A stretch of 63,689 bases of DNA, the filler included, from Hyphochytrium catenoides (Eukaryota > Protista > Hyphochytriomycota): NCBI GenBank assembly GCA_900088475.1. It is 9 parts of 9 records of this genome, joined end to end, with 100 filler letters (N's around TTAATTAATTAA, not from the genome) between each part and the next. Parts side by side here need not be neighbours in the genome. Positions count along the whole stretch, not along the records: positions 40,157 to 57,944 come from FLMG01003209.1; positions 58,045 to 60,510 come from FLMG01003649.1; 7 more parts are not named here. The stretch is one strand, 5' to 3'. A model generated the notes under the pieces. The model made no database searches. It saw nothing but the letters and a program-made list of their open reading frames with translations, and was not told where the DNA came from. This document shows, piece after piece, positions 48,920 through 60,610 of this stretch. The position numbers were made by a program, and so were the translations under genes. Numbering within the stretch: the first letter of the stretch is position 1; the number at the start of each line of letters is the position of its first letter.

Positions 48920-50004
48920 CCCTTTCTGCAGAAAAAGAACCAAGCACTCTTCTTGACTTCTCGATCGTGTCTCAAACCTTCATTATACCCAGAACCATGA
49001 AGGTCCGACAGGTACACAGCAGCTTCAAGAGCTTAGATACAGAGGGGTCCGAACGAGCCTCTTGTCATCCGACTCGGTGATGATGGGACGGACAGAGCAC
49101 CGCGGAAAGATCGGCCATTGAACCCGAGTGGAATGGCTGGCAGATCCCTCGATGGTTGGCTCTGACACACGGTGGTATGAGCCCTTCGTCTCTGGCTCAC
49201 AGGCCGCGAGACCACAGCCCAGGGAGCATCAGCATCAGACAGAATGCTGATGAGGAGCGAGGAGGAGGCGAGGCCGCCCGCGCCGCCGCGCCATTTCACA
49301 ACTTCAAGGTCTTCTTTCACCTTTGATGGACCAATAGAGCCGCTAACGGAGATATAATCCATTTCTGATCTACATTCCGTAGAGATTCCGCTAAACGCTG
49401 GAGCCTTGTCTTTGGAAGTGTAGTGGCTCTAAAGTAGCGGTAGAGTTTAGCGGGATTCCTATCCCTATTTAATAGCCTTTGAGATTTACAAACCGACAAA
49501 AGCAGGAGTAAGGGCTCTCGAATCCTTCGCTGATTATTAGGAAGGATAGATTCTATCTCCATAAAGAGTGGGCTACTAGCAGAGTTCGGGCCACAACAAC
49601 GACGCACAGATTCGGCGGATTGCTCGATTGGCCCCTGGGGGATGTCTGAATTGATGCTTTGCCGCCGCGGCATCATCAGCCGATGATCTCTAGAAATGAA
49701 AGCTCAAAAACTCATTCTCCCTGTTGGCGAGTGCTCTCTCTTTGTCTCTCTCTTCTCTCTCTGTCTAGGAGAGCGAGCTCTTATCTTTTCTCCTCTCCCT
49801 TCCCATTCCCATCCTCTCTCCGCTTCTCCCTGTATAGCTCGCGCCTACCTTGCATTGTGTTCGAGTCCCTACTGTCTCGTCTTCTCTCTCTCCGTCAATC
49901 ACCTCTTTTCTTCTTTCTTCACTGTGTCAGTGGCCTCCCATCTCCTTCTTCAGTGATGCTGTGAAAGTATCTTAACGTCTAGAGTGCACCCGTTATAGAC
50001 TTTC

Positions 50005-53000
50005 ATGGATAAGAGAGAGGAAGTTAACAAGCCTCTCCACGGACTGCTGCGTCGAACCCAGGTTTACTTAGAGTGAGTCTCCCCTTGGCACGACATCGTC
50101 ATCTTCCTCCACCTTCCTGTTCCTCTTCCTTGTGTCTGTCCTTCCGTCTCCTATGGCTAAGTCTGATAAGCACTCTTCCTCCATCTTCTCGCAGAGATCC
50201 ACCGTCTCTCTCTTTACTGAAGCGCTCTTGCGTCCTCCAAACCTCTGCGGAGCAGAAGGTTCTCGAGCATTGGGTGCGTAAGTTTATCCTTGGCTTGGCA
50301 GATAAGGCAGCTGGAAGCTGGGCCCTCGATCTGCGGACAGGTGAGAGCGAGCTTGATAAAAGCTCTAGCGCTGAAGTAGGAGAGTATGGCTATGAGCAAA
50401 CAGCAGCAGACGCCGAAGAAGAGGAGGTACGGAGGCTATACTTTCTCTTTGTCGTCTGGTCATCATTAGGATCCCCGTCTTTTCGTTCTTGCGACGCCGA
50501 TCGCTCAATGCCCTGACTTCTTTCTCGACTCGCTATCTCATGTGTGCTTCTCACTCTCGCTCTCTCTTTTCTCTCCCTCTCTCTCTCTCTTGTCTCGCAC
50601 GCACACACACGGTCATTGAGTCCCTTTCTCGCTACTCACACTCTCCAGATATTGTCATACGAAGAGCTCTTAGCACGACATGGCGCTCTCGGCCAGCTCC
50701 CAATGAGCTTCGGTGGAGGGGAGAGCTCGGACAAGCGACACAAAGGACAAAGGAGACAGAAGAGGCGGACTAAGGGACCAAGGCCATCAGTTCGGACCTC
50801 GGACAACGACAGCAGGAAGGAGAAGGAAGAAGATTCTCTTCCTCCTGCCCCGTCGGCAGTCTTAGAGACAGATGAAACACCACCAAGGCCTCCGCCGTCT
50901 TCCGCAACCGTAGCTTCTCTACCTTCACCCTCTTCTCTTGTCTCTTCTCCTCGTTGTGCTGCTTCTCCTTCTCCCTTCGTCCCTGGGTCGCTTGTGGAGT
51001 GTCGGTATGATGCCGATGGGCTATGGTACCCGGCGCTGGTGGGGCGGGTCGAAGGGGAAGATGAGCAAAAGACGGCTGACGTTGTTTTTCTATGGTACAA
51101 TAATCGTCAGACCTCTCCTCTCTCTCTCCTCCGAGAGCCCAGTTCTTCCTCTGTTCAGTATTACCATCAGCTCATGGCATCTGCTCAGCAACAAGAGGAA
51201 ATAGCGGCCACACAGGAAGCCGGAAGTGTTTTGGCAGACGGGACTGAGATGACCTTGGATAGCCCCATGCTAGACCGAGAGACTTGGGAGGAGGAAGAAG
51301 GAGCAGACGGCGAGGAAGAGGTGGAGTTACAGACTAGCGAAGCCGTCAATCAGGGAGTGAAACGAGATAGGAAGCCAAGCAAGCGCAGCCAGTGCTCTAG
51401 ACGAAGCCGGGACCAGGATATTGAGAATCCCTACGGCAAGCATACTATCCCTTTCTTCTCTTTCATTAGATGCGTCTCTCTTTGCTGTCTCTCTTTCTCT
51501 CCTGCCCTCTTTCTTCTTCATCCTGTCACCTCTCTCTCTCTCTCTCGCAGTCTCTCGTTACTCTTCTTTTGTCTACTCACCTTAGTATCATGCTTCCTCC
51601 CTCTGCTGGCCGCGGCACATCGCTGCTCTTACTGTCAGACCAACGTCTCCCTTCTGCTTGATAATCCTTGCAGGTTGTACGACCCCTGAAGTCATATCGT
51701 ACATTCTTCCCTCCTATCCTACTCTCTTTCTTTCCGTCCATCACTTCCTATCTCTCCTCTTTCCCTTAATGTTCCTCATGAATCTGACTCATGAGACTTC
51801 CTCTCATGTTCCACAGCATCCGTACACCGCAAGTATTGGTCTCAACGCTATCGTTTCTTCCACAAGTTTGATGACGGCGTGCAGCTGGATGCAGAGGGAT
51901 GGTTCTCGGTACTCTCATATATCTTGCCTTTCTCCCAATATCTCGGGGCTATCCGTCCAGTCTTTCGCTCTCCTGCACCTTTCCCCTTTGGAGTTGTGCC
52001 TCTTTCTGTATGTTCCTTCACCTTTCTTTGTCTCTCTCTCCGCTGTTCTGCTCCTTTCCTATCCTCTCCCATTCTTATCGTTCTCTTCGTTTGGCAAGCC
52101 GTATGCGACCTTTCTGCCATCCCTTGGACCTCTTGGCTCGGAGGTTGTCTGCCACTCGTACTTGGCGCTATCGAGCCTTGGTCTCCTAGTTTCATATCTT
52201 TCACTATCAGACTGACTAAGCTTGGCGCCGCTTCTCCTTCTCTTTTCAGGTAACCCCTGAGACCATCGCGAAGCATCTTGCCGCGCGGTGTGCTTGCTCC
52301 ATCATAGTGGACGCTTTCACTGGCTGCGGGGGAAACGCAGTGCAGTTTGCCTCCTACTGCTCTCTGGTCTTGGCAATCGATCTAAATCCAGAGAGGCTTC
52401 ACATGGCGCGGCATAATGCGCGCATCTACGGCGTGGAGGATAAGATTGAATTTATTTTAGGCGACGCGACTAAGATTCTTCCAAGGTCGGAGAGTGGACT
52501 GTCAAGGGCGGACAGAGAGAGGGAGAGAAGAGACTATTAGAGGCAGATATTAGGGTTACTGAAGCTCTAGGAGGTAGACATCAAGAGAGAAGAGAGACTC
52601 AAACGGGCGTCATCCTCAACCAAGAGGTCCTTACCACTGTCGTCAGCTCCTATCTATCTTCCATACCCATCCTAAGCTATCTCCTCCTTCTCTCTCTTTT
52701 TATAGGCTAAGAGCGGACGTCGTCTTCCTCTCACCCCCATGGGGAGGGCCGGAGTATATCAACGCTGAGGTATGTAATTGGCTGCCGATGTCTGTGCGGC
52801 TTTCTGTCTGTCTACCAGGCTGCTTATCTCTTTCTCTTCCTTTCCCTTCTCTCTTTTCCCTTGTCCTCTGCAACGGTGCATGCCCCGTAAAGTTCACTGG
52901 TACTTAGCTCTGTGTCGAGGCTGTACGGGCACCTCGCGCTTTAACCTCTGTATCTTTGCCTATCTTCAGGCTGCTGCCTCTCATGAGCTTGCTTCTCTTT

Positions 53001-53332
53001 CGCATGTCTAACCAAAACGTCTTTGGCTTCGGGTTCTATAGTCGTACGACCCTCAATCAATGCTGCAAGTAAGCGGTTTGAATGGCGGCCAGCTTCTGTC
53101 CTTGGCGTTCCAGGCGGCCGAGAACGTGGTTTACCTGTTGCCGCGCAACACTGACGAACAAGGGTTCACAGCGATGGGAGGACCATTGCAGGAGGTGGAG
53201 GAGCAATACCTGGATGGCAAATTGAAGACAATCACCGCCTACTATGGTCCACACTTCCAACACCATGAGGAGCCCATTATAGCAGAAGGAATGCATGAGG
53301 GTGAAGAATTGCAAGGGAAGGAGGAAAGCTGA
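50005..53332 (+). CDS. TGS1: Trimethylguanosine synthase (cap hypermethylase) with an N-terminal SMN-like Tudor domain; multi-exon
   Basis: KYWSQRYRFFHKFDDGVQLDAEGWFS|VTPETIAKHLA, DAFTGCGGNAVQFA, HNARIYGVEDKIEFILGD, ADVVFLSPPWGGPEY, YLLPRN, ITAYYG. Tudor segment at ~50976-51135. Confidence 0.93.
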
Positions 53333-53936
53333 CATGCTACCCTTGGTGTTCTGAAGATTATAAACTCTTCTCCTGTCACACGACGGACAGCACATACAGG
53401 ACAGGACTGGTGCCTACAACGGCAGTCCGTGCGAGGAATAATCGGCATGCGGAACGGCCTCCGAGGAAGTACATCCGAAAGGCCAACATTGCACTGGCTA
53501 CGACCCTGGGTCATGGAAAGCACGGACGCGGGGGAAAGTCGAGTAAGGTTGTCCCAGACGCGTGCATGCATCCGTTAGTTGAACGCCAGAAAGTCAGTGT
53601 TTGTGAGAAAGAGAGAGGAAAAGTGGTAATGCTTGGGCACAAGCACGGTTAAAGGCCGAAGGAGCTCTATGGAGCTGGCGGGCACTCCAGCGCAAGAGGC
53701 ACATGTGGTAGCGCCATGGGACGCGATGATAGCTGATGTCTCATAGCGATAGCGGTAGGCAGCTCCATAAGGAAGCGCGAAAGGTTATGAGTGCACGACA
53801 TGACCGCTGGAGTGACAGCAAGGGAATGCAGAGAGGGCAATGACAGAATAATTATCTTATAAGTTAGTGGGGTTGAGGCGTATTCAGAGAAGCTCGAGCT
53901 AGACGTGAAGAAAGAGCGACACGATTCATAGATTTC

Positions 53937-54748
53937 TTAGCGTCTGTATGGCGCGCCAAAGTATTGTCTCTCTATGAGCCTGTGGTGCCTCTGGACCATC
54001 TCTGGATCCTTATTAGTGCCTATAATGTTATGGGCAGCAATCTTCTCCTTCAGCACTGCTCTGCCCTCCTCTACCCCATCGCTTGACTTGCTGAAGACAA
54101 AGTGCTTTCTCCCAGTGTCACCTAGAGAATGGGCCAGAGAGAGCAAGATGCGACCATGAATGAGATGACCGAACCAAACAGAAAATCCTCAGGGGATGGA
54201 CGTTTCCATATGTCGAAGTAGAGGGAGAACGTGGTTGGCAGACAGAGAGCAAACGATAAGAAGAGGGACACGTGGATTGAGAGATTGGTGTCCAGAGCAA
54301 TGTCCTAGCGATGCCAGGTGGAAACCCAGCGGCAGAAGGAAGGAGAGCGCAAGCTTGCTCGACATGCCTGTGATTCTTTCCCGCTTGGGAGTCACAATCT
54401 TTAGATATCCTATCTTTCCCTGTGCTTCCCTTAGCATTCGAGCTACCCTGCAAACAGAGGCATGGTCAGGACCTTTAGCGTGGCTAGAGAATTGTATGAG
54501 ACAGGAGTGTGACACCGGACAAAGTCGTGCCACGCTGCCAACAAAGAAACTGATAAACTTCAAGCACCACACCAATGTGTGTTCCTTCTTTGGACTTACG
54601 TTTCCTGGTCCGTGACTGATTTGTTTGTTCTGAACTCTCTCTGAACTTGCTCCGTCACCTTCATCCGTTTGTCACCAGGAAGGGAGCGAGCTAGCTTAAG
54701 CAGCTGTCTGTACATGCGCAGCGTGCCTTCACGGTTCGATGCAGCCAT
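53937..54748 (-). CDS. LYR-motif (complex 1 LYR family) mitochondrial protein; 3 exons
   Basis: MAASNREGTLRMYRQLLKLARSLP...VQREFRTNKSVTD, then VARMLREAQGKIGYLKIVTP and a C-terminal DPEMVQRHHRLIERQYF. Confidence 0.82.
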
Positions 54749-56362
54749 ACTTTCTGACCCTGATAGGTACGTAGCTATAAGCTCTAGAGGAGAGAGTATA
54801 GTTCAAGGTCCACCGCGGTCGATGAATGTTTATAAATGAAGATTATTGCGGCTCTGATCTCTTCTTAGTAGGCGACTCAAGAGGTTTGCCATCATCCCAA
54901 AGCAGAACGCGAACAGTGACAGCAGGCCCGTTAGCAGCTCTTAAGAACGGCCCGTGGTTTCATCCATGGTTCCTTGGTCTGCTGCCCATAATAATATAGT
55001 AATAAAGGGCAGAAGAAGACAGCGGCGTGCTACTACTAACGCTATTTGATGTCCAGTAGACGACAGGTTAGTAGGGGGAATGGCGGCTCAAACGACAAGA
55101 AGACGGAGAAGAACGATAGATGAAGAAAAGACGAGAGATAGAAGATATCTGGCGCTCCATACAGAGCCCAGCCTAGGTAGCGCATGATGACCACCTCTCT
55201 TAGGGTAGGGACAGGGCGTGGTGAAAGGGGGCGACTCCGCAAGGGGGCAATGTCAAGGTAACCGCACTGGGTGCCCCACCACCCATACAGCCATCAACAA
55301 TCTATAATGGCGGCAACCTGCTGCGCGGGCCCCGCCTACTAGCGTCGTCCATTCAGGCAATAGAGTGGGCGGGACACTCCTACTGTGCGTTTTAGAGCGC
55401 CATGTGGTTACAGCTGCTCTATTGAAGATCAAGAGAAGGCAGGTTCGACGTCACGGAGCAGGATACCGAAGCCATCATCATTACCCTCCTGCTAGCACAA
55501 CAGAAGGATATCATCACAATGCTGGAAACCGGGACTCTCGTCATTCTCCCTTTATCCTTAGCAGCATAGCTAGCACAGAAAGACTACTACTAACTAATGC
55601 TTCACTTTCTCCTGTCGTCCAAGAGATTGATGACTTGCCCTTTTGCCGTCGAGCTGATGGAGGGGTCTGCCAGTGTTGCTTCCTTCCTCCCTCTCGTCAT
55701 GATGCCGCTACACCACAGCTAAGAACATCACTGCTAGCCATGCGGCGGGTAAGGGCTAATCAACGAGAAGACCGCCACAGATCTCTTTTAGCTGCTGCCC
55801 TCTTCTTAAAAGTCGAGGGCAATTCATTGCGCAAGCAAAAAGAGCAACACCATGCCGGGCAATCTAAGGACGGAAGATGAAGATTTCGTATTATTGAGCT
55901 TGAGATCGCGATGATGATTCTTTTTTGGCAATGAGCTCCATGCAAAAAAGGGCTTTAAGTCCGTAGGTCAGAAGGCCTCTGTCTCGAACAGTAAGCACTT
56001 CATTTTACTGTTACTAGATAGACCGTTGATTGTTTGACAAAGGCACTGTAAAGAAAGCTTGAAGTTTGACTTAAAGACCTTGATAATTCCTGGATGAAAG
56101 AAACGAATGTTTTCATCTAAGCCCAATAGTATTTATGCCCTTGGCCTTCAGGTCAAGGGTCTGACAAACGAAATTGTGTTCGCTGAGCGTAAGCGAAGCG
56201 TCTAGTGGATAGGGCATGAGCCCTCCCAATAAATCATCAAAAGCCAAGCACAGAAAAGCAATGCCTAGCGAAGAAAGACAGAGAATAAGCACAAACACAC
56301 AAAGCAAGGGAGAGGGGAGAAAGGGAGAAAGGGAGACTTCAAAGAAAAAGGCAAATGATGTG

Positions 56363-56402
56363 TGTATGTATGTATGTATGTATGTATGTATGTATGTGTG
56401 TG
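56363..56402. repeat. (TGTA)n tetranucleotide microsatellite
   Basis: tgtatgtatgtatgtatg... read directly. Confidence 0.9.
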
Positions 56403-56881
56403 TCACTCTAAATATAACCCTCATCAAAGCCAAGCAGAAAAAAAACGCAGAAAACCCAAAGAAAGACAGTGATTGGTCAGAAACAGTAGTCAAAAGCTCA
56501 AACGAACCCTCAAACCACAAAGATGGTGCGTATATTTACGAAAACCAAAGGATAGCCTATTTTCAGTATTCCCAAAACAAACACTTAGCGCTATTCCCCA
56601 AGCCTGTAACCGATTATAAATGGAGCTCTCAAAAGAATGACGTCAAAATCAGAAGCTTGGAGGAACAATAGTTCTATACAAAAGAATCCACTATGTAACG
56701 CTTCAACAAAGAATAGTTCCATACACAGGAATACGAAAAACAAGGGATAGTCTACTTTCAGGGCTGACAAGACTTGGTTCTGTACAACAAAGTCAGTGCT
56801 ATTCCCAAAGCCTGTAATCTAGTCTTATTATTAGAGCACCAAAAAGAAACGACAAAATTAGAAGCCTGAAGAACAATTTTA

Positions 56882-57296
56882 CAAAAGAAGCCACTTTGGA
56901 GGCTGGTGGCAGTAATACGACAAATAGGAGACACTGTCATCGAGGACAACGAAAGATAACATTCTAGAGCGATATCCAAAATAAAAAACGAGAGAGAAAC
57001 AGAAATTTGAAGCACAATACACTCATAAGGCCTTAGTATGGGAAGAGATGAGCCACAATATACAAAAGAAGCCACTTTGGAGGCTGGTTGGCAGCAATAC
57101 GACAAATAGGAGACACTGTCATCCAGGACAACCAAAGATAACATTATAGAGCGATATCCAAATAAAACAGGAGAAATTTAAGCACAATACACTCAAAGTA
57201 TGGGAGGAGATGAGCCACAATATACAAATGAAGCCACTTTGGAGGCTGGTTGGCAGCAGTACGACAAACAGAAGACATTGTCTGTCATCCAGGACA
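56882..57296. repeat. Degenerate tandem repeat, ~2.4 copies of a 160-180-bp unit
   Basis: Units beginning caaa(a/t)gaagccactttggaggctgg start at 56882, 57063 and 57225. Confidence 0.88.
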
Positions 57297-57944
57297 GAGC
57301 TGAACAAGGAAGGAGCATCCAAGTACGGAGAAGGATCAGAAGGGGAGAGGGAGGCTGTATACAGCAGGACATAATAAGCTGTGCAAGGATGATGAAAAAT
57401 ACAGGAAGCAGCAGCAAAACAAAAGGCAAAAGCAGGACAACTGAGGACACAGAACAAACAAGGAGCAACAGCAGCACAGAAAGAAGCATAGACATCACTA
57501 TCAATGCGACAAACAGAAGTCACTTTGAACGAGCCTGTGAGACAAAACCCCAGCAACCCAAAGAGAGACTGAAGAGAGACGACAGAGGTAGGCAGAAACA
57601 GTAGTGACATAAAACTACCAAAAAATTGACTCGTCAAAAGGCAGGCGCAGACAGACAAGCAGGGCGTACCAAAGAGAGGCGGAAGCAGTGAATACACAAG
57701 TAAGGAGCAATAATAGTAGCAGACACCAGCAATCCAACAACCATTACCAAGCAAGGTAACAGAAGCAGCAAAAAAACAAGAACACAGTAGCAACAACAAT
57801 CAAAGAGCAGGTCACATCAGCAATGAATGAACAAGCAAGAAGCAGCAAGGGCAGTAGCAGCCCCAAAAAGCATTTACCAAGCCAGGCAACTAACTAACAG
57901 CAGAAGCAAAGCAGCGCAATGTGGCTGCTCGCTTACGCTCAGCG

Positions 57945-58044
57945 NNNNNNNNNNNNNNNNNNNNNNNNNNNNNNNNNNNNNNNNNNNNTTAATTAATTAA
58001 NNNNNNNNNNNNNNNNNNNNNNNNNNNNNNNNNNNNNNNNNNNN
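57945..58044. other. Artificial scaffold-joining spacer
   Basis: 44N-TTAATTAATTAA-44N. Confidence 0.97.
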
Positions 58045-60005
58045 GTTGCAGAGGAATCTTCTTCGTCTCTCTCTCCCTCTTCTCTCGCTAGCTCTGCCAA
58101 CGCTGAACAGCGGGAACAGATGGCGATCCCTGGAAGAAGAGGGCCGGTCTGGCAGTGTCTGCAGGTCCCGAAAGGCGTGACAAGAGGGGCAGAGATGAGA
58201 TGCGCAGCATCTTCTCTCTCGCTGATCACCACTGCCACCGATGGCTCAGTTAGTGCTCGTTCTCTCTCTCTCGTTCTCTCTCTCCTCGCTTCCAAACCTC
58301 TCTCCTCTCTCCCATGTGGCTCCGTCCCAGAGAGAGAGAGAGAGTCTCGCTTCTCTCCTCCTGCAATGGTTGACGCTCTTCCTCGTTCTCGAAGAGGCAA
58401 TAAAGTACGTTGAAGTCTAAAGAAACTCGGCTCATTGTCTTCTCTTTCTCTCTCTTCTCCTCCTAACGTCTGGGCTCTTCTCTCTCTTCTCTTCTTTCTC
58501 CGTACCCACAGCGCCACAGCCGCGATGAGAATAATGAAGAAGAATCCTCCTCCAAAGACGAGAGGAGAAGGGAAAGAGTCGCTTTCTGAGAGAGACGCCG
58601 TCGGAGGAGGAGAGACAGAAGGAGAGAGAGGAGGATCTTTCACTCCTACGGGAGGAGGAGGAGAAGTACCTTCTGGCGGAGAGGAAGAGGGAGAGGAACT
58701 GGGAGGGAGAGAAGGAGAGGGAGAAGGAGGAACGCTCTGGCATTTCCAAGCTTCTTCCTCTCCCGTCCCACTTGGAGGGACACAGAGAGAAGGCTGTGTC
58801 CCCGCTAGCGCCTTTCTCTTTCTCTCTCTCTTTCTCTCCCTAAAGGAACTGCTCGCTGGGGCCCAGAGAGTCGAAGGGAAACAAGGTATCTTGGTGTTGG
58901 AGATATCCCTATAATAGAGAGAAAGACACACAGAGAGAGAGAGAGAGAGACGGAGAGAGAGGGAGAAAAAGAGAGAGAAAGAGGTTATTACTATCCTGAC
59001 ATGGTGAGAAGAAGTTTTACATGAGACGCAACTTGACGCCGTATAAAGAGGGAGAGAAAGAGAGAGAGAACTAACTTCGGGCAAGGGGGATAGTGCAGCA
59101 TGTCTTTAGAGTTGAGCACGCTGCACGGAGAGGTTGGAAGAAAGAGAGACAAGACGGAGAAAGACTTAGAGTTCAGAGAACAAAGGTTTGAAGGGAAGCA
59201 TGAGCCGCGGAGGCTGGCAGCACCATTATTAGCCTTTGTATGTTCAAAGAGAGAGAGAGTGAAAAAGAGACGCGGGCGCATAAGGAGAAAGAGAGAGAGA
59301 GAGAAAAGGGGGAGAACGTCTCTTCAGTCAACAGGGGAGACGATGACGAGAAAGAGTGGCAAGCGCTGGACTTACAGGACGAGGTTTTGCGTTGGAAGCG
59401 ACGGGAGACAGGAGAGAAACGGATTATCGGCTAAGTCCCTGGCGAGAAAACGGCGAGATGGAGAGAGAGATGAGAAAAAGAGAAGAGAGAGAGAAAAAGT
59501 TGAGACGCAGGAAAGAGAGGGTAATCCAGGCTTCGACTGGTCAGGGATATAAGAGGGGAAGAGTACATCCCAAAAGAGAGAGGGAGAGGAGAGATGAGGG
59601 ACTATGTGTGAGGGGAGAGAGAAAGAAAGAGAGCAGAGAGAAACAATGTGAGCAAGAGACAAAAAAATGGGAAGAGAATGCTCCAGACTTCGGCTCACAA
59701 GTGTGTCAGATTTCCCGATATCGAGGCCTCAAAAGAGAGAAGAGATGTGTTCCGGAGAGACCTAGGAAGGCGCAGAGAGGGTTAAGAAGAAAAGAAAAGA
59801 CCTGGAGCAAGAAAGGAGGGAGAGAGAGAGGAGAGAGGAGAGAGAGAGATAAAGCCACCTTTTAAGGATGAAGTTGTTTTTGGCATAAACAAAAGAAGGA
59901 CGATGGGTCTCTTCGAGAGAAAGGGAGGAAGAGGAAGGGGAGAAAAAAAAGAACAGAATAAATGCACAAAGTCAGAGCACACTACTTTAAAGTTGAGAGA
60001 ATGAA

Positions 60006-60037
<32 letters not shown>

Positions 60038-60244
60038 TCACGGAGAGGGAGAGTGGAAGCTGAAGTGGGAGAGAGAAAGACAGAGCCAACGAATCGAGAG
60101 TGAGACACAGAGAGAGAGAGAGAGAGAGAGGATGAGTCACAGAATATGAGAAAGAGTAATAGGAGAGAGACTTCGACTCACAGGTACTGAAGGTTGGAGG
60201 GGAGTGTGCCTGTGAAGAAAGGGAGCCTGTTCCCGTCAAGAACG
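58045..60244 (-). CDS. Partial LRR receptor-like membrane protein: LRR exons, Pro/Ser stalk, single TM, cytosolic CxxC..CxxC motif
   Basis: Exons 60182-60244 (VLDGNRLPFFTGTLPSNLQYL) and 59376-59438 (DLADNPFLSCLPSLPTQNLVL). A large exon from 58908 encodes DISNTKIPCFPSTLW...GGGFFFIILIAAVALWVRRKKRR...CRHCQTGPLLPGIAICSRC. Both gene ends are missing. Confidence 0.7.
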
Positions 60245-60510
60245 CTGCAATTGGAAGAGAGAGGAAGAGAGAGATTCAGTTCCCTACTCAGACAGGAAAG
60301 CTCTTTCTATCAGGGGCACAAGGGAGGAGAGAATGAGAGAAAGAAAGAGAGGGCAAGAGAGACACCAAAGAAGAGGAAGAAGAGAGAGACAGGGAAGAGG
60401 GCAAAAATAGAGAGCCAGGAGAGAATGTGATCCAGAGAGAGAGGGAGACAGAGAGAAAGAGAGAGAGAATGAGAGAGAGAGGGTTCGAGGTACAGAGACC
60501 CCATGTAAAC

Positions 60511-60610
60511 NNNNNNNNNNNNNNNNNNNNNNNNNNNNNNNNNNNNNNNNNNNNTTAATTAATTAANNNNNNNNNNNNNNNNNNNNNNNNNNNNNNNNNN
60601 NNNNNNNNNN
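60511..60610. other. Artificial scaffold-joining spacer
   Basis: 44N-TTAATTAATTAA-44N. Confidence 0.97.

Noticed and set aside
35876-53332. Apparent cluster of Tudor/RNA-processing genes (Tudor-SN and TGS1)
   Set aside because: They lie on different scaffolds separated by an artificial spacer.
55042-55945. ORFs upstream of the LYR gene
   Set aside because: No motifs or splice-consistent model.
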